25,876 nt of DNA from Oligoflexia bacterium (GCA_043732305.1 JAYTHU010000190.1:1-25876), one strand, 5' to 3'. Counted from the first letter of the stretch, positions 1 through 7,698 are shown. Made by a program: numbers and translations. Notes: generated by a model not told the origin, from the letters alone.

Positions 1-84
1 AAAATCCTTCAACGTTGCGGCTACCTAAACCATCACCATATAAACACTGACGATTTTTACTACACTATGCCAAACCCCAACTAA
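1..84 (+). CDS. Possible 3' end of an upstream gene (KILQRCGYLNHHHINTDDFYYTMPNPN*)
   Basis: Frame 1 is open from base 1 to TAA at 82-84. Too short to recognise. Confidence 0.3.
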   Translation, partial: KILQRCGYLNHHHINTDDFYYTMPNPN

Positions 85-230
85 TTACGGAGAGGGTTAT
101 TCGAGTGACAAATTCGCGCCAAACCTCCTCCCAAAATTGGCATTCTTAAGACTTCCGTGGGACTTCCAGCTTCAACTATATCTAAATAATCTCGGCAACT
201 TAAATCCTAAAGAGCACAGTGCTAAACACC

Positions 231-245
231 GGGCATGGACATTGC
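231..245 (+). promoter_or_regulatory. Putative sigma54 (RpoN) -24/-12 promoter for the 286 gene
   Basis: GGGCATGGACATTGC: GG(232-233)-N10-GC(244-245), close to TGGCAC-N5-TTGC. It lies 40 nt before the ATG; SD AAGGAG at 276-281. Confidence 0.6.
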
Positions 246-285
246 TCTCTAGGAGTTCGTAACTCTATTCTCATTAAGGAGATTT

Positions 286-1503
286 ATGAAAAATCAAGCG
301 ATGTTCGTATTTGGAATGCTTTTGGTAATCAATACCGCAGCTCCAGTTTTTGCTCAAGACTACAATCGTGGTGCAAAGCAAACTTTGGAAGACGATGCGG
401 ACCAAACTCCCAGACGATCTAAAATTTCAGCGCAGAATGATGCAGCCGTAGTCACCATTGATGCCACTAAAGTGCAAGTCAAGCAGGTTCAGGCCGCGAA
501 TCAAGCTCCGGTAAATCAGCAGCAACAACAGACCACACCCATTTATATTTTACAGCAGCCTACAACTAACGTTGATGCCACTCCGGTTAAAGAATCCCGC
601 GCCGATCAACTTCGCAAACAGCGTGAAGAAGTGGAACATCAAAATGACAATCGCCTAATTGAAAAATTAGAAGATGATCGTTTGAATTCTGAAAAAGAAC
701 GCGTAGATAAGATTTTAACTCCTCTTGCAACCACGGCAGCGCCAGTAGTTGTTCAACCTCAGGCGGCTCCAGTAGCTGGCGTCGTGGCTCAGCCTCAGGC
801 AGTAGCTACAGCGGTGGTTGTTGTTCCCCAAAAAGAGGAACCTAAGCTTGATCGCGAAATTATCTCTGAGTCTGGTTTATCAAAGGCAGCCAAGCTTGAT
901 ATTCTGCAAGAGAAAAAAGAAGAAAGTAATAAGTTTTCTATCGGTTCAATCGTTGGTGTTGGAAATTACTCCAGCGCAAACAACGTCAATGGTGCTTTCG
1001 CTTTGGGCGGAATCGGAGATCTCACTCTTCCTAATGGCCTGATCATTGAAGGAACGATTACTTACTCCAGCTATGATATCTTAAATCAGTCTTACTGTTA
1101 TTATTGCGGTGGTTCGACCTCAATGAACCAATGGGATTTCACTGCTGGTGCTAATTATAGATTTCTTAAAGGCACTGTGAGCCCTATTGCAGGAGGTTAC
1201 TTAGGTTATACTCGCCGAGATTACACATCTAAGGGCAACAATTATGGATACGGATACGGTAGCAATTACGGAAACAATCTGTTCAGCGGATCCAACGCGT
1301 TCAATGGAGGATTAGTTTTCGGGGTCGATGTGAAAGCTTCAGAAGCCATAACGATTGGTGCTGATTTCCGCTACACGATGAACATCAGTTATCACACTGA
1401 CAACCCTTACGCTTACGGATATGGATACGGAATGAACTACGCTACTCCAATTGAAAGTCTCAGCTACTACATCATTGGGCTAACAGCTAAAATTGCACTT
1501 TAA
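286..1503 (+). CDS. Outer-membrane beta-barrel protein with signal peptide, Gln/Pro/Ala-rich and coiled-coil N-terminal half, and C-terminal OmpA-like (~8-strand) barrel
   Basis: Signal peptide ending VFA-Q; QQQQQ and VVQPQAA tracts; charged helix ESRADQLRKQREE...EKERVDK; alternating amphipathic strands from NKFSIGSIVG to YYIIGLTAKIAL; strong SD. Confidence 0.8.
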   Translation: MKNQAMFVFGMLLVINTAAPVFAQDYNRGAKQTLEDDADQTPRRSKISAQNDAAVVTIDATKVQVKQVQAANQAPVNQQQQQTTPIYILQQPTTNVDATPVKESRADQLRKQREEVEHQNDNRLIEKLEDDRLNSEKERVDKILTPLATTAAPVVVQPQAAPVAGVVAQPQAVATAVVVVPQKEEPKLDREIISESGLSKAAKLDILQEKKEESNKFSIGSIVGVGNYSSANNVNGAFALGGIGDLTLPNGLIIEGTITYSSYDILNQSYCYYCGGSTSMNQWDFTAGANYRFLKGTVSPIAGGYLGYTRRDYTSKGNNYGYGYGSNYGNNLFSGSNAFNGGLVFGVDVKASEAITIGADFRYTMNISYHTDNPYAYGYGYGMNYATPIESLSYYIIGLTAKIAL

Positions 1504-1523
1504 GTTTTAAATCAATCAATGCC

Positions 1524-1555
1524 AGGGTCATGGAAAACTTCCATGACCCTTTTTT
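1524..1555 (+). terminator. Intrinsic terminator
   Basis: Perfect 12-bp stem AGGGTCATGGAA/TTCCATGACCCT, loop AAC, then a T run. Confidence 0.9.
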
Positions 1556-1569
1556 AAGGCCAGAAATTT

Positions 1570-2346
1570 ATGAGAAATATTGCGCCAAAAATCTTCCTCA
1601 TTCTCATGACTTCTGTCTTTGTTTCTGGTTGCCACAAAACCACAACAAATCCTTCTATCATTTACAACGAGAAAAACCGTGCTCTGATCGATCAAAAACA
1701 TTTCGATGAAGCTATCGATTCTTTGTCAGATCACCTCCTGACTTCTCCACAAGATATGGATTCGCGAGTCCTTTTGGCTTCGGCGTTAGCAGGAAGATCT
1801 GGAATCAATTTGCGTGACTTTACAGGCTTTGCTCGTTTGATTATTGCGAGCGGTGCGGAGAGTGCGAAATTAAATGACGATTTCGATCCCATCGAAAAAC
1901 TAAAATGGGAAATAAATCTCGTGTTCAAAGTGATTGATTCGATTCCTTCGCCCACTCAGGGGCCAGATGATGTTTTGACTGCCATTGACGTGCTGAATGT
2001 TCAAGGACTTTCTCATGGAAGATATTTATATCGGGCCATTCTCAAGCTCGTGGTTTTTAAATATAATTTTAATCACAAATATCATATGCAGGTTTTCGAA
2101 ACTTGCCGGGTAAAGCCCAGGGCTTTAGACAACTGGTACAAAAATGTTGAAGCGGATTTTCAAGACATATTAGGTGATGTTCAACTTAGTCAGTTCGATC
2201 CAAATCAAAAATCCAAAATTGAGGTTATGAAAAAGCAGATTGCCGATATCAACAAAGGAATTCGAGAAAGTCTGGGAGAACATCTCGATGACAACTCTGT
2301 CAAATTGCCTACCATCATTAAGCCGGTCTACCCTGAATGTGGTTGA
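1570..2346 (+). CDS. Hypothetical lipoprotein, alpha-helical with a TPR-like N-terminal segment
   Basis: Lipobox VSG-C after a hydrophobic stretch; ALIDQKHFDEAI...P..MDSRVLLASALAGR resembles a TPR unit. Confidence 0.7.
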   Translation: MRNIAPKIFLILMTSVFVSGCHKTTTNPSIIYNEKNRALIDQKHFDEAIDSLSDHLLTSPQDMDSRVLLASALAGRSGINLRDFTGFARLIIASGAESAKLNDDFDPIEKLKWEINLVFKVIDSIPSPTQGPDDVLTAIDVLNVQGLSHGRYLYRAILKLVVFKYNFNHKYHMQVFETCRVKPRALDNWYKNVEADFQDILGDVQLSQFDPNQKSKIEVMKKQIADINKGIRESLGEHLDDNSVKLPTIIKPVYPECG

Positions 2347-3395
2347 TAAAACGTTCAGTGGTATTTTTATTCTTCATTTGGCAAACTGGAGTAGCGGTCG
2401 CAGGCACAGTCAGTGGTATTCCAGATTTGCTGGGCGATAATCCTTCGCTTACAGTTCCACAAGCAGTTTTAGGTAGATCTTGTTATTCACTTGAAGCCAG
2501 TTATTTAGATCTAGATTGCAATCCAGCTTTTTTGGCGAGTGAGAAAAAGCATTTGTTTCGTATCAATCTTATCGGAAACGATCAACTGAATGTTTTGAAT
2601 CAATATCGCTTAAAGATAGAAGATAAGAATGTGGTTGGAGTCGCTGACAGTTTACTGGGTCAGAATACACCGCTTGTTGGAAAAGCTGCTGCCTCAATTT
2701 GGTATCAAAATGATTGGTGGGCTGTCGGCTATGTTCCCTTCCGGGCGGGAGTGGCTTACCTCACGACTAATTCTGCGTTCCCTCAAATTTCTGTTCTTGC
2801 TTATAAGGAGTCTGAGATTTTTGGCAAGGTTGGTTTATATTCATCGGGCGACAAACACTTTCAATTGGGATTACAAACTCGATACGTCAGTCGAGATTAT
2901 GTCTACCAGCAGTTCGATGCGCTCGATGCCTTCGTGGACAGCAGCATTGTTAATATTCAGCATCAGAGTGTTCTTTATTTGGAGCCGGGGCTTGTTTATT
3001 CTTGGGATGATGAATGGAATCCTAAAATCGCATGGTCGCTTTCCAATGTTCCCGTGATTCAGTCGGGAACTCCGGTGCCAGGACTTATTACATCGGACAT
3101 TGGGTTTAGCTCGGACATTGCCGGGTGGCGCGAAATGCGTAGTACAATCCATTTAGCTGTCGGATCTGAGTATCAAGATCTGTTCCATCGATTTTCTTGG
3201 TCTAGTATTTATCACATCGATAAAATCGCTTCCGCTTCCATCACATTCGGAATAGACCAAATTAGTTTAGGAGTCGAAGGGCACTGGGGACCTCTCGTGG
3301 CGGGCCTCTCCTTTAGAAATGAACAAGTGACCGCCAGCCAGTGGCAGGCTTACAATGTTTCGGGCTTCACATTTGAGGTCGGGCTAATTCTCTAA
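2337..3395 (+). CDS. Putative outer-membrane beta-barrel, FadL/TraF-like (N-terminal NPA hatch motif)
   Basis: Signal peptide ending AVA; LDCNPAFLA resembles the xxNPAxL motif; aromatic-rich alternating strands to the C-terminus; overlaps the lipoprotein gene by 10 nt. Confidence 0.6.
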   Translation: MWLIKRSVVFLFFIWQTGVAVAGTVSGIPDLLGDNPSLTVPQAVLGRSCYSLEASYLDLDCNPAFLASEKKHLFRINLIGNDQLNVLNQYRLKIEDKNVVGVADSLLGQNTPLVGKAAASIWYQNDWWAVGYVPFRAGVAYLTTNSAFPQISVLAYKESEIFGKVGLYSSGDKHFQLGLQTRYVSRDYVYQQFDALDAFVDSSIVNIQHQSVLYLEPGLVYSWDDEWNPKIAWSLSNVPVIQSGTPVPGLITSDIGFSSDIAGWREMRSTIHLAVGSEYQDLFHRFSWSSIYHIDKIASASITFGIDQISLGVEGHWGPLVAGLSFRNEQVTASQWQAYNVSGFTFEVGLIL

Positions 3396-3400
3396 AAAAA

Positions 3401-4072
3401 TTAGTAATCTAAGATCAATGAAAGTTTGTAATCCGTTATCATATTATCGATAACAATTTTTTTGTCATCTACCGTCATATTGAAACCATTAATGAGTTGA
3501 ACTGATTTGATGTTATTGCTCACGGGATTATTGCCGTATCTTTTGATGGCATTTGATAATAATACTTTTAAAAAATCTGACATCTGACTGTTGTACTCAG
3601 CAGCTCCGTCTTGTGAAACTTTGATTTGCAAAGGTTTTCCATCAAGATAATCATTCCACGTCCCGCCATTAGTAATTTTTCCAGGCAATAAAAATGAGGT
3701 TTTTGCGCGCACTGGAAAAAACTTAATAATGTCATTGAGCTCAATTCCAATGTTGACGGCAACTTGTTCGTTATTATTTTTCAGCTGCATGAACATTTGG
3801 CCTTTGATTTCTTTGCCAATGATTTCCATGTGAGTTTCGTCGATAGCTTTGTTAGTTCCAGCAAATGCTCCTACTCCCGTGACAGTTCCTGTGACGTGAG
3901 TTGTGGCTGAATCTAAATTGTAACGATTTTTTCCGCTGTCATAGATCCACGTCATCTGTTGATGCTCAGCTTTCAAGTCTGTATTGACCCGGCCGAGATC
4001 CTGGCCATGGGCGTTTTGAAATGAAAGTAACGTCGTCAGGAATAGAGAATAGAGAGCAATGGTCTTTTTCAT
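3401..4072 (-). CDS. Hypothetical secreted protein
   Basis: 223-aa ORF with signal peptide MKKTIALYSLFLTTLLSFQNAHG; SD AGGA at 4079-4082; consensus sigma54 promoter upstream. Confidence 0.75.
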   Translation of the reverse strand: MKKTIALYSLFLTTLLSFQNAHGQDLGRVNTDLKAEHQQMTWIYDSGKNRYNLDSATTHVTGTVTGVGAFAGTNKAIDETHMEIIGKEIKGQMFMQLKNNNEQVAVNIGIELNDIIKFFPVRAKTSFLLPGKITNGGTWNDYLDGKPLQIKVSQDGAAEYNSQMSDFLKVLLSNAIKRYGNNPVSNNIKSVQLINGFNMTVDDKKIVIDNMITDYKLSLILDY

Positions 4073-4114
4073 AAGAAATCCTACCGCCTAAAGTTTTGGG
4101 CAATAAGGCAGTGC

Positions 4115-4131
4115 AGCAATTAAGGTGCCAG
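4115..4131 (-). promoter_or_regulatory. Sigma54 (RpoN) -24/-12 promoter for the 4072 gene
   Basis: Minus strand reads CTGGCACCTTAATTGCT, an exact match to YTGGCAC-N5-TTGCW, about 43 nt upstream of the ATG. Confidence 0.85.
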
Positions 4132-4243
4132 CGCGAAAAAGCATCTATAAATGTTGTGAGATGTCCTTGGTGGATTTGCTTGGATTTTATGCGATCTGAA
4201 TTTGCAAAGTTTTGAGACAGTCTTGTAATAAATAGGTTAAGCT

Positions 4244-4906
4244 TTGCTGGTGAAAAGATTTCTTATTTCCATAATCATTATTTCCGCTAACACGTTTGTT
4301 TTTCAAGCACCGACTGCTCGCGCAGATAGTCCACATCTGGTGATGAAATTAGTCGCCGAGGTCAATCAAAAAGTTCTGAGTTCTCGAGACGTTGAAGTGC
4401 ATTACTTAGTCACAAAGATTTTGGAAGGACAGGTTTCTAAACTTCCGCTGGCCATGGACAGTGATGATTTCAGATTGAGCCTGGATCAGTTGATTGTGGA
4501 AAGCATGGTCTACAGTGAAGCTGTGGATTTTGGCATAGCCAAGATCACGGATGAAGAAATGGAAACCGCATTTAAAAACGTCAAACAAAAAATCGGTGAA
4601 ACCGCTGCACTCAAGGCTCGATGGATCGTGCTCGATTATTCGGATGCCAAGCTCAGAGACAAAATTCAACGACGACTGCGTTCGGGTAAACTTTTGAAAT
4701 ACAAAGCTGACTCGAATAATCAACAAGTGACTGACGACGAAGCAAAAGATTATTTTGAGAAAAACAAACAACGCTTTGGGAATATCGATTTTGAAAACTA
4801 CAAGCCAACCATCAAAAAATTCATCGCCAAAAAAACGGCCGATGACCGATTGCGGGAATGGTTTGATGTCTTGAAAAAGAAATACAAAGTCAAAACATTG
4901 ATTTGA
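4244..4906 (+). CDS. SurA N-terminal/core-domain-like periplasmic chaperone lacking a parvulin PPIase domain
   Basis: Signal peptide; KLVAEVNQKVLSSRDV, LDQLIVESMVYSEA..GI..ITDEEM, VTDDEAKDYFEKNK and REWFDVLKKKYKVK match SurA/PrsA N- and C-helices. Start may be TTG 4244 or GTG 4250. Confidence 0.65.
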   Translation: MLVKRFLISIIIISANTFVFQAPTARADSPHLVMKLVAEVNQKVLSSRDVEVHYLVTKILEGQVSKLPLAMDSDDFRLSLDQLIVESMVYSEAVDFGIAKITDEEMETAFKNVKQKIGETAALKARWIVLDYSDAKLRDKIQRRLRSGKLLKYKADSNNQQVTDDEAKDYFEKNKQRFGNIDFENYKPTIKKFIAKKTADDRLREWFDVLKKKYKVKTLI

Positions 4907-4913
4907 GCGCCAC

Positions 4914-5348
4914 ATGCATATCATAAAATTTAGAGTTCCTGCGTCGGAAGATTTTGCGACAATAAATGCTATCAACCAAGAAGTGCAAAAGTTCCCGTGG
5001 ACTGAAGGTGTTTTAAAAGAAGAGTTGGCACATAAACACCCATACTCCCGCGTTGCGGTTCGTGAAGGCGTGATTACCGGTTATATATTTATTCGCGGAA
5101 ATGAGGGCGATTATGAGGTCATGTCTGTCGCTGTACCGAAGAAATTTCAACGGCAAGGTTTAGGATGGGCACTGGTCAGATCGACCATTGAAAAGATAAA
5201 AAAGGGCCGTCTGCACCTCGAAGTAGCCGAAAATAACACCCCTGCAATTGAGCTATATAAGCGCCTTGGTTTCACGAAATCCCGGGTCAGATCAGCCTAT
5301 TATCCTGATGGCACTGGGGCGTTAGAGATGGTTCTGGAAATCACATAA
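4914..5348 (+). CDS. rimI: Ribosomal protein S18 alanine N-acetyltransferase (GNAT)
   Basis: FPWT, VAVPKKFQRQGLG acetyl-CoA motif, LEVAENNTPAIELYKRLGF and R.AYY.DG..AL.M. Confidence 0.85.
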   Translation: MHIIKFRVPASEDFATINAINQEVQKFPWTEGVLKEELAHKHPYSRVAVREGVITGYIFIRGNEGDYEVMSVAVPKKFQRQGLGWALVRSTIEKIKKGRLHLEVAENNTPAIELYKRLGFTKSRVRSAYYPDGTGALEMVLEIT

Positions 5349-5404
5349 CCCTTGCATCCTTGAGCTTTTGTTGCTAACTACATATGACATTTTATCACTT
5401 TATA

Positions 5405-5439
5405 AAAAGTGGACCTTTAGGCCCACTTTTGTTGTTTTT
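5405..5439 (+). promoter_or_regulatory. rimP-leader terminator/attenuator-like hairpin
   Basis: AAAAGTGG(5405-5412)/CCACTTTT(5423-5430) stem enclosing ACCTTTAGGC, followed by GTTGTTTTT, 50 nt upstream of rimP. Confidence 0.7.
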
Positions 5440-5480
5440 GGGGACTTGAAGAAGTTCATTGGCCCCCGGAGTTTAATAGT

Positions 5481-6008
5481 TTGGATTTGTTAAAAATTGA
5501 AAGTGTGATTCGTCCACTTATTGAAGGCAGCGGGTTTTCCCTCTACGACCTTGAATTTCATGGGCGTTCTCTAACAGTCTACATTCAAAAAGAAGGTGGA
5601 GTAACGGTTTCCGATTGTGCGGAGACCAGTCGTTTGCTCAATCCGGTTTTAGATGTAGAAGGACTTATTACGGGCGGAGCTTACGATTTAGAAGTGAGCA
5701 GTCCTGGGTTAGATCGTGATTTAAAAAAGAAACGCCATTTTGAAGGGGCAATCGGGGACATGATTCACGTCGTGACTTCCGAATCTCTCTCAAATTGGAA
5801 TGAAGCTGAAAATGACGAAGACAAATTTTTTGAAAAAAGAAAAAAAATAAAAGGTGAACTAACAAAAGTTGGCGACGACGCAATCGAAGTGCTGTGTGAT
5901 GGTCGGACTGCAAAAATCCCACTTGTTAATATCATACGTGCGTACGTTGATTTTGAAGTAGTAAAAGGGCTTAAAAAAGGTCCAAATAAATCAGGAAAGA
6001 AGGCTTAA
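5481..6008 (+). CDS. rimP: Ribosome maturation factor RimP
   Basis: GGVTVSDC..SR.L..LD and YDLEVSSPGLDR.L motifs; directly upstream of nusA; TTG start with GGAG at 5468-5471. Confidence 0.95.
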   Translation: MDLLKIESVIRPLIEGSGFSLYDLEFHGRSLTVYIQKEGGVTVSDCAETSRLLNPVLDVEGLITGGAYDLEVSSPGLDRDLKKKRHFEGAIGDMIHVVTSESLSNWNEAENDEDKFFEKRKKIKGELTKVGDDAIEVLCDGRTAKIPLVNIIRAYVDFEVVKGLKKGPNKSGKKA

Positions 6009-6012
6009 AACC

Positions 6013-7626
6013 ATGGCAGATAATATTTTCTCAGATCTCAGTCGGATGATTGACCAAGTCGGAAAAGACAAAGGCATAGATAAAAAAATTATCATCGATG
6101 CGATTGAAAACGCCATGGAAACTGCGGCTCGTAAAAAGTTTGGTGCAAATAAGGAAATAGAAGCCAAGTTCAACGAAGAATCTGGCGAAATGGAACTTTT
6201 CGAATTTAAAAACGTCGTCGACGAAATCGATTTGATTGATAATGACATTTTGGTTGATGAAGCACAAAAGCTTGATCCCGATGTTGAAGTTGGCGATAGC
6301 TTAGGAATTAAACTTGATGCTTCACAACTCGGACGAATTGCTGCGCAAACCGCAAAACAAATCATCATGGGACGTGTCAGAGATGCCGAACGTGATTTGA
6401 TCTATGCTGAGTTTCAAGAACGTAAAGGCGAAATCGCTAGCGGTATTGCACGCCGTATTGAAAGAGGCGCTATCGTTGTTGACTTGGGTCGCACCGAAGC
6501 TTACTTGCCCCAGCGTGAACAGATCCCCGGAGAAATCTTCAAACCAGGTGACCGCATTCAAGGTTACATCGCTGACGTCAGACAGACAACTCGCGGTCCA
6601 CAAATTGTTATGTCTCGAGCGGATGAACGTTATCTAATGAAGCTTTTCGAAATGGAAGTTCCAGAAGTTTATGACGCCATTGTTGAAATCAAAGCTGCCG
6701 CCCGCGAACCGGGAAGCCGAGCAAAGATTGCAGTTATGAGCAAAGACTCCACCATTGATCCCGTTGGCGCTTGCGTCGGGATGAAGGGTTCTCGAGTACA
6801 AAATATTGTTCAAGAATTAAAAGGCGAAAAAATTGATATCGTTCTTTGGAGCGATGACGCCACACGTTTTGTTTGCAATGCTTTAGCTCCCGCTGAAGTC
6901 AGTAAAGTTATTATTGATGAAATGGCGAAGGAAATGGAAATCGTAGTTGCCGATAGTCAATTGAGTTTGGCCATTGGTAAAAAAGGTCAGAATGTTCGTT
7001 TGGCTGCAAAGCTTACCGGATGGAAATTAGACATCGTCAGCGAAACTAAGATTCAAGCCAAACAACAAGAAGCTATATTCAATTTGATGCTCATGCCCGG
7101 AATGAACGACACCATGGCATTTAACATTTATCAAAATGGTTTTGCTTCGATGGACGAGCTTTCAAGATCACATATCACTGAGATACAAACTATCCCTGGT
7201 TACGATGGTGAAAAGGCTGAGAAGCTTCAGGCAAACGCTCGCGCTGTATTAGCAGATTACATCGCTCGCGGTGTGCCATTGCCCCAGAGTGAAGCCGCCG
7301 CGATTGCTCGTGCTACTGGCAATGATGCCAAGGCCCTTGCAGAAGCTAGACTCAAGATGGAGCTTTCGTCCAATACACCAAAAATCACAACTTCTACAAT
7401 TGATGCTTCCGAACTTCTTCAAATTCGCGGTATGAGTGAGACGAGTGTTGAGTATTTGAAAGCTGTTGGAATCTTCACTTTAGAATCCTTGATTTCAAAA
7501 TCTCTTGAAGAGCTGACAGCGATCCCTGGTATTGGTGAAGCTAAAGCGAAACAAATTAAAGCTGAAGTTGAGAATTACACAAAAAGCAAATTGACGACTG
7601 AGACCGCACCGGAAGAAAAAGCTTAG
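6013..7626 (+). CDS. nusA: Transcription termination/antitermination factor NusA with two C-terminal HhH-type repeats
   Basis: GRIAAQTAKQ, S1 domain, AREPGSRAKIAV, DPVGACVGMKGSRV and LSLAIGKKGQNVRLAAKLTGW. Confidence 0.99.
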   Translation: MADNIFSDLSRMIDQVGKDKGIDKKIIIDAIENAMETAARKKFGANKEIEAKFNEESGEMELFEFKNVVDEIDLIDNDILVDEAQKLDPDVEVGDSLGIKLDASQLGRIAAQTAKQIIMGRVRDAERDLIYAEFQERKGEIASGIARRIERGAIVVDLGRTEAYLPQREQIPGEIFKPGDRIQGYIADVRQTTRGPQIVMSRADERYLMKLFEMEVPEVYDAIVEIKAAAREPGSRAKIAVMSKDSTIDPVGACVGMKGSRVQNIVQELKGEKIDIVLWSDDATRFVCNALAPAEVSKVIIDEMAKEMEIVVADSQLSLAIGKKGQNVRLAAKLTGWKLDIVSETKIQAKQQEAIFNLMLMPGMNDTMAFNIYQNGFASMDELSRSHITEIQTIPGYDGEKAEKLQANARAVLADYIARGVPLPQSEAAAIARATGNDAKALAEARLKMELSSNTPKITTSTIDASELLQIRGMSETSVEYLKAVGIFTLESLISKSLEELTAIPGIGEAKAKQIKAEVENYTKSKLTTETAPEEKA

Positions 7627-7698
7627 AAAAAGCTTACAACAGGTTGAAAAAGGCTTGACCAGGCTTGATACGACAAAGCCTAAGAAAAAAGGATACGA

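Noticed and set aside
189..215. Minus-strand GCCGAGAT as a sigma28 -10 box
   Set aside because: No TAAA-like -35 at the right spacing and no supported downstream gene.
4212..4218. TTGAGAC here and its complement GTCTCAA at 18437-18443, both upstream of alternative-sigma promoters
   Set aside because: A 7-mer is expected a few times by chance in a window this size, and there is no full palindrome.
4406..4975. 189-aa antisense ORF, and similar shadow ORFs at 9928-10443, 13999-14385, 19290-19697 and 23070-23444
   Set aside because: They lie opposite or within well-supported genes and show no recognisable motifs.
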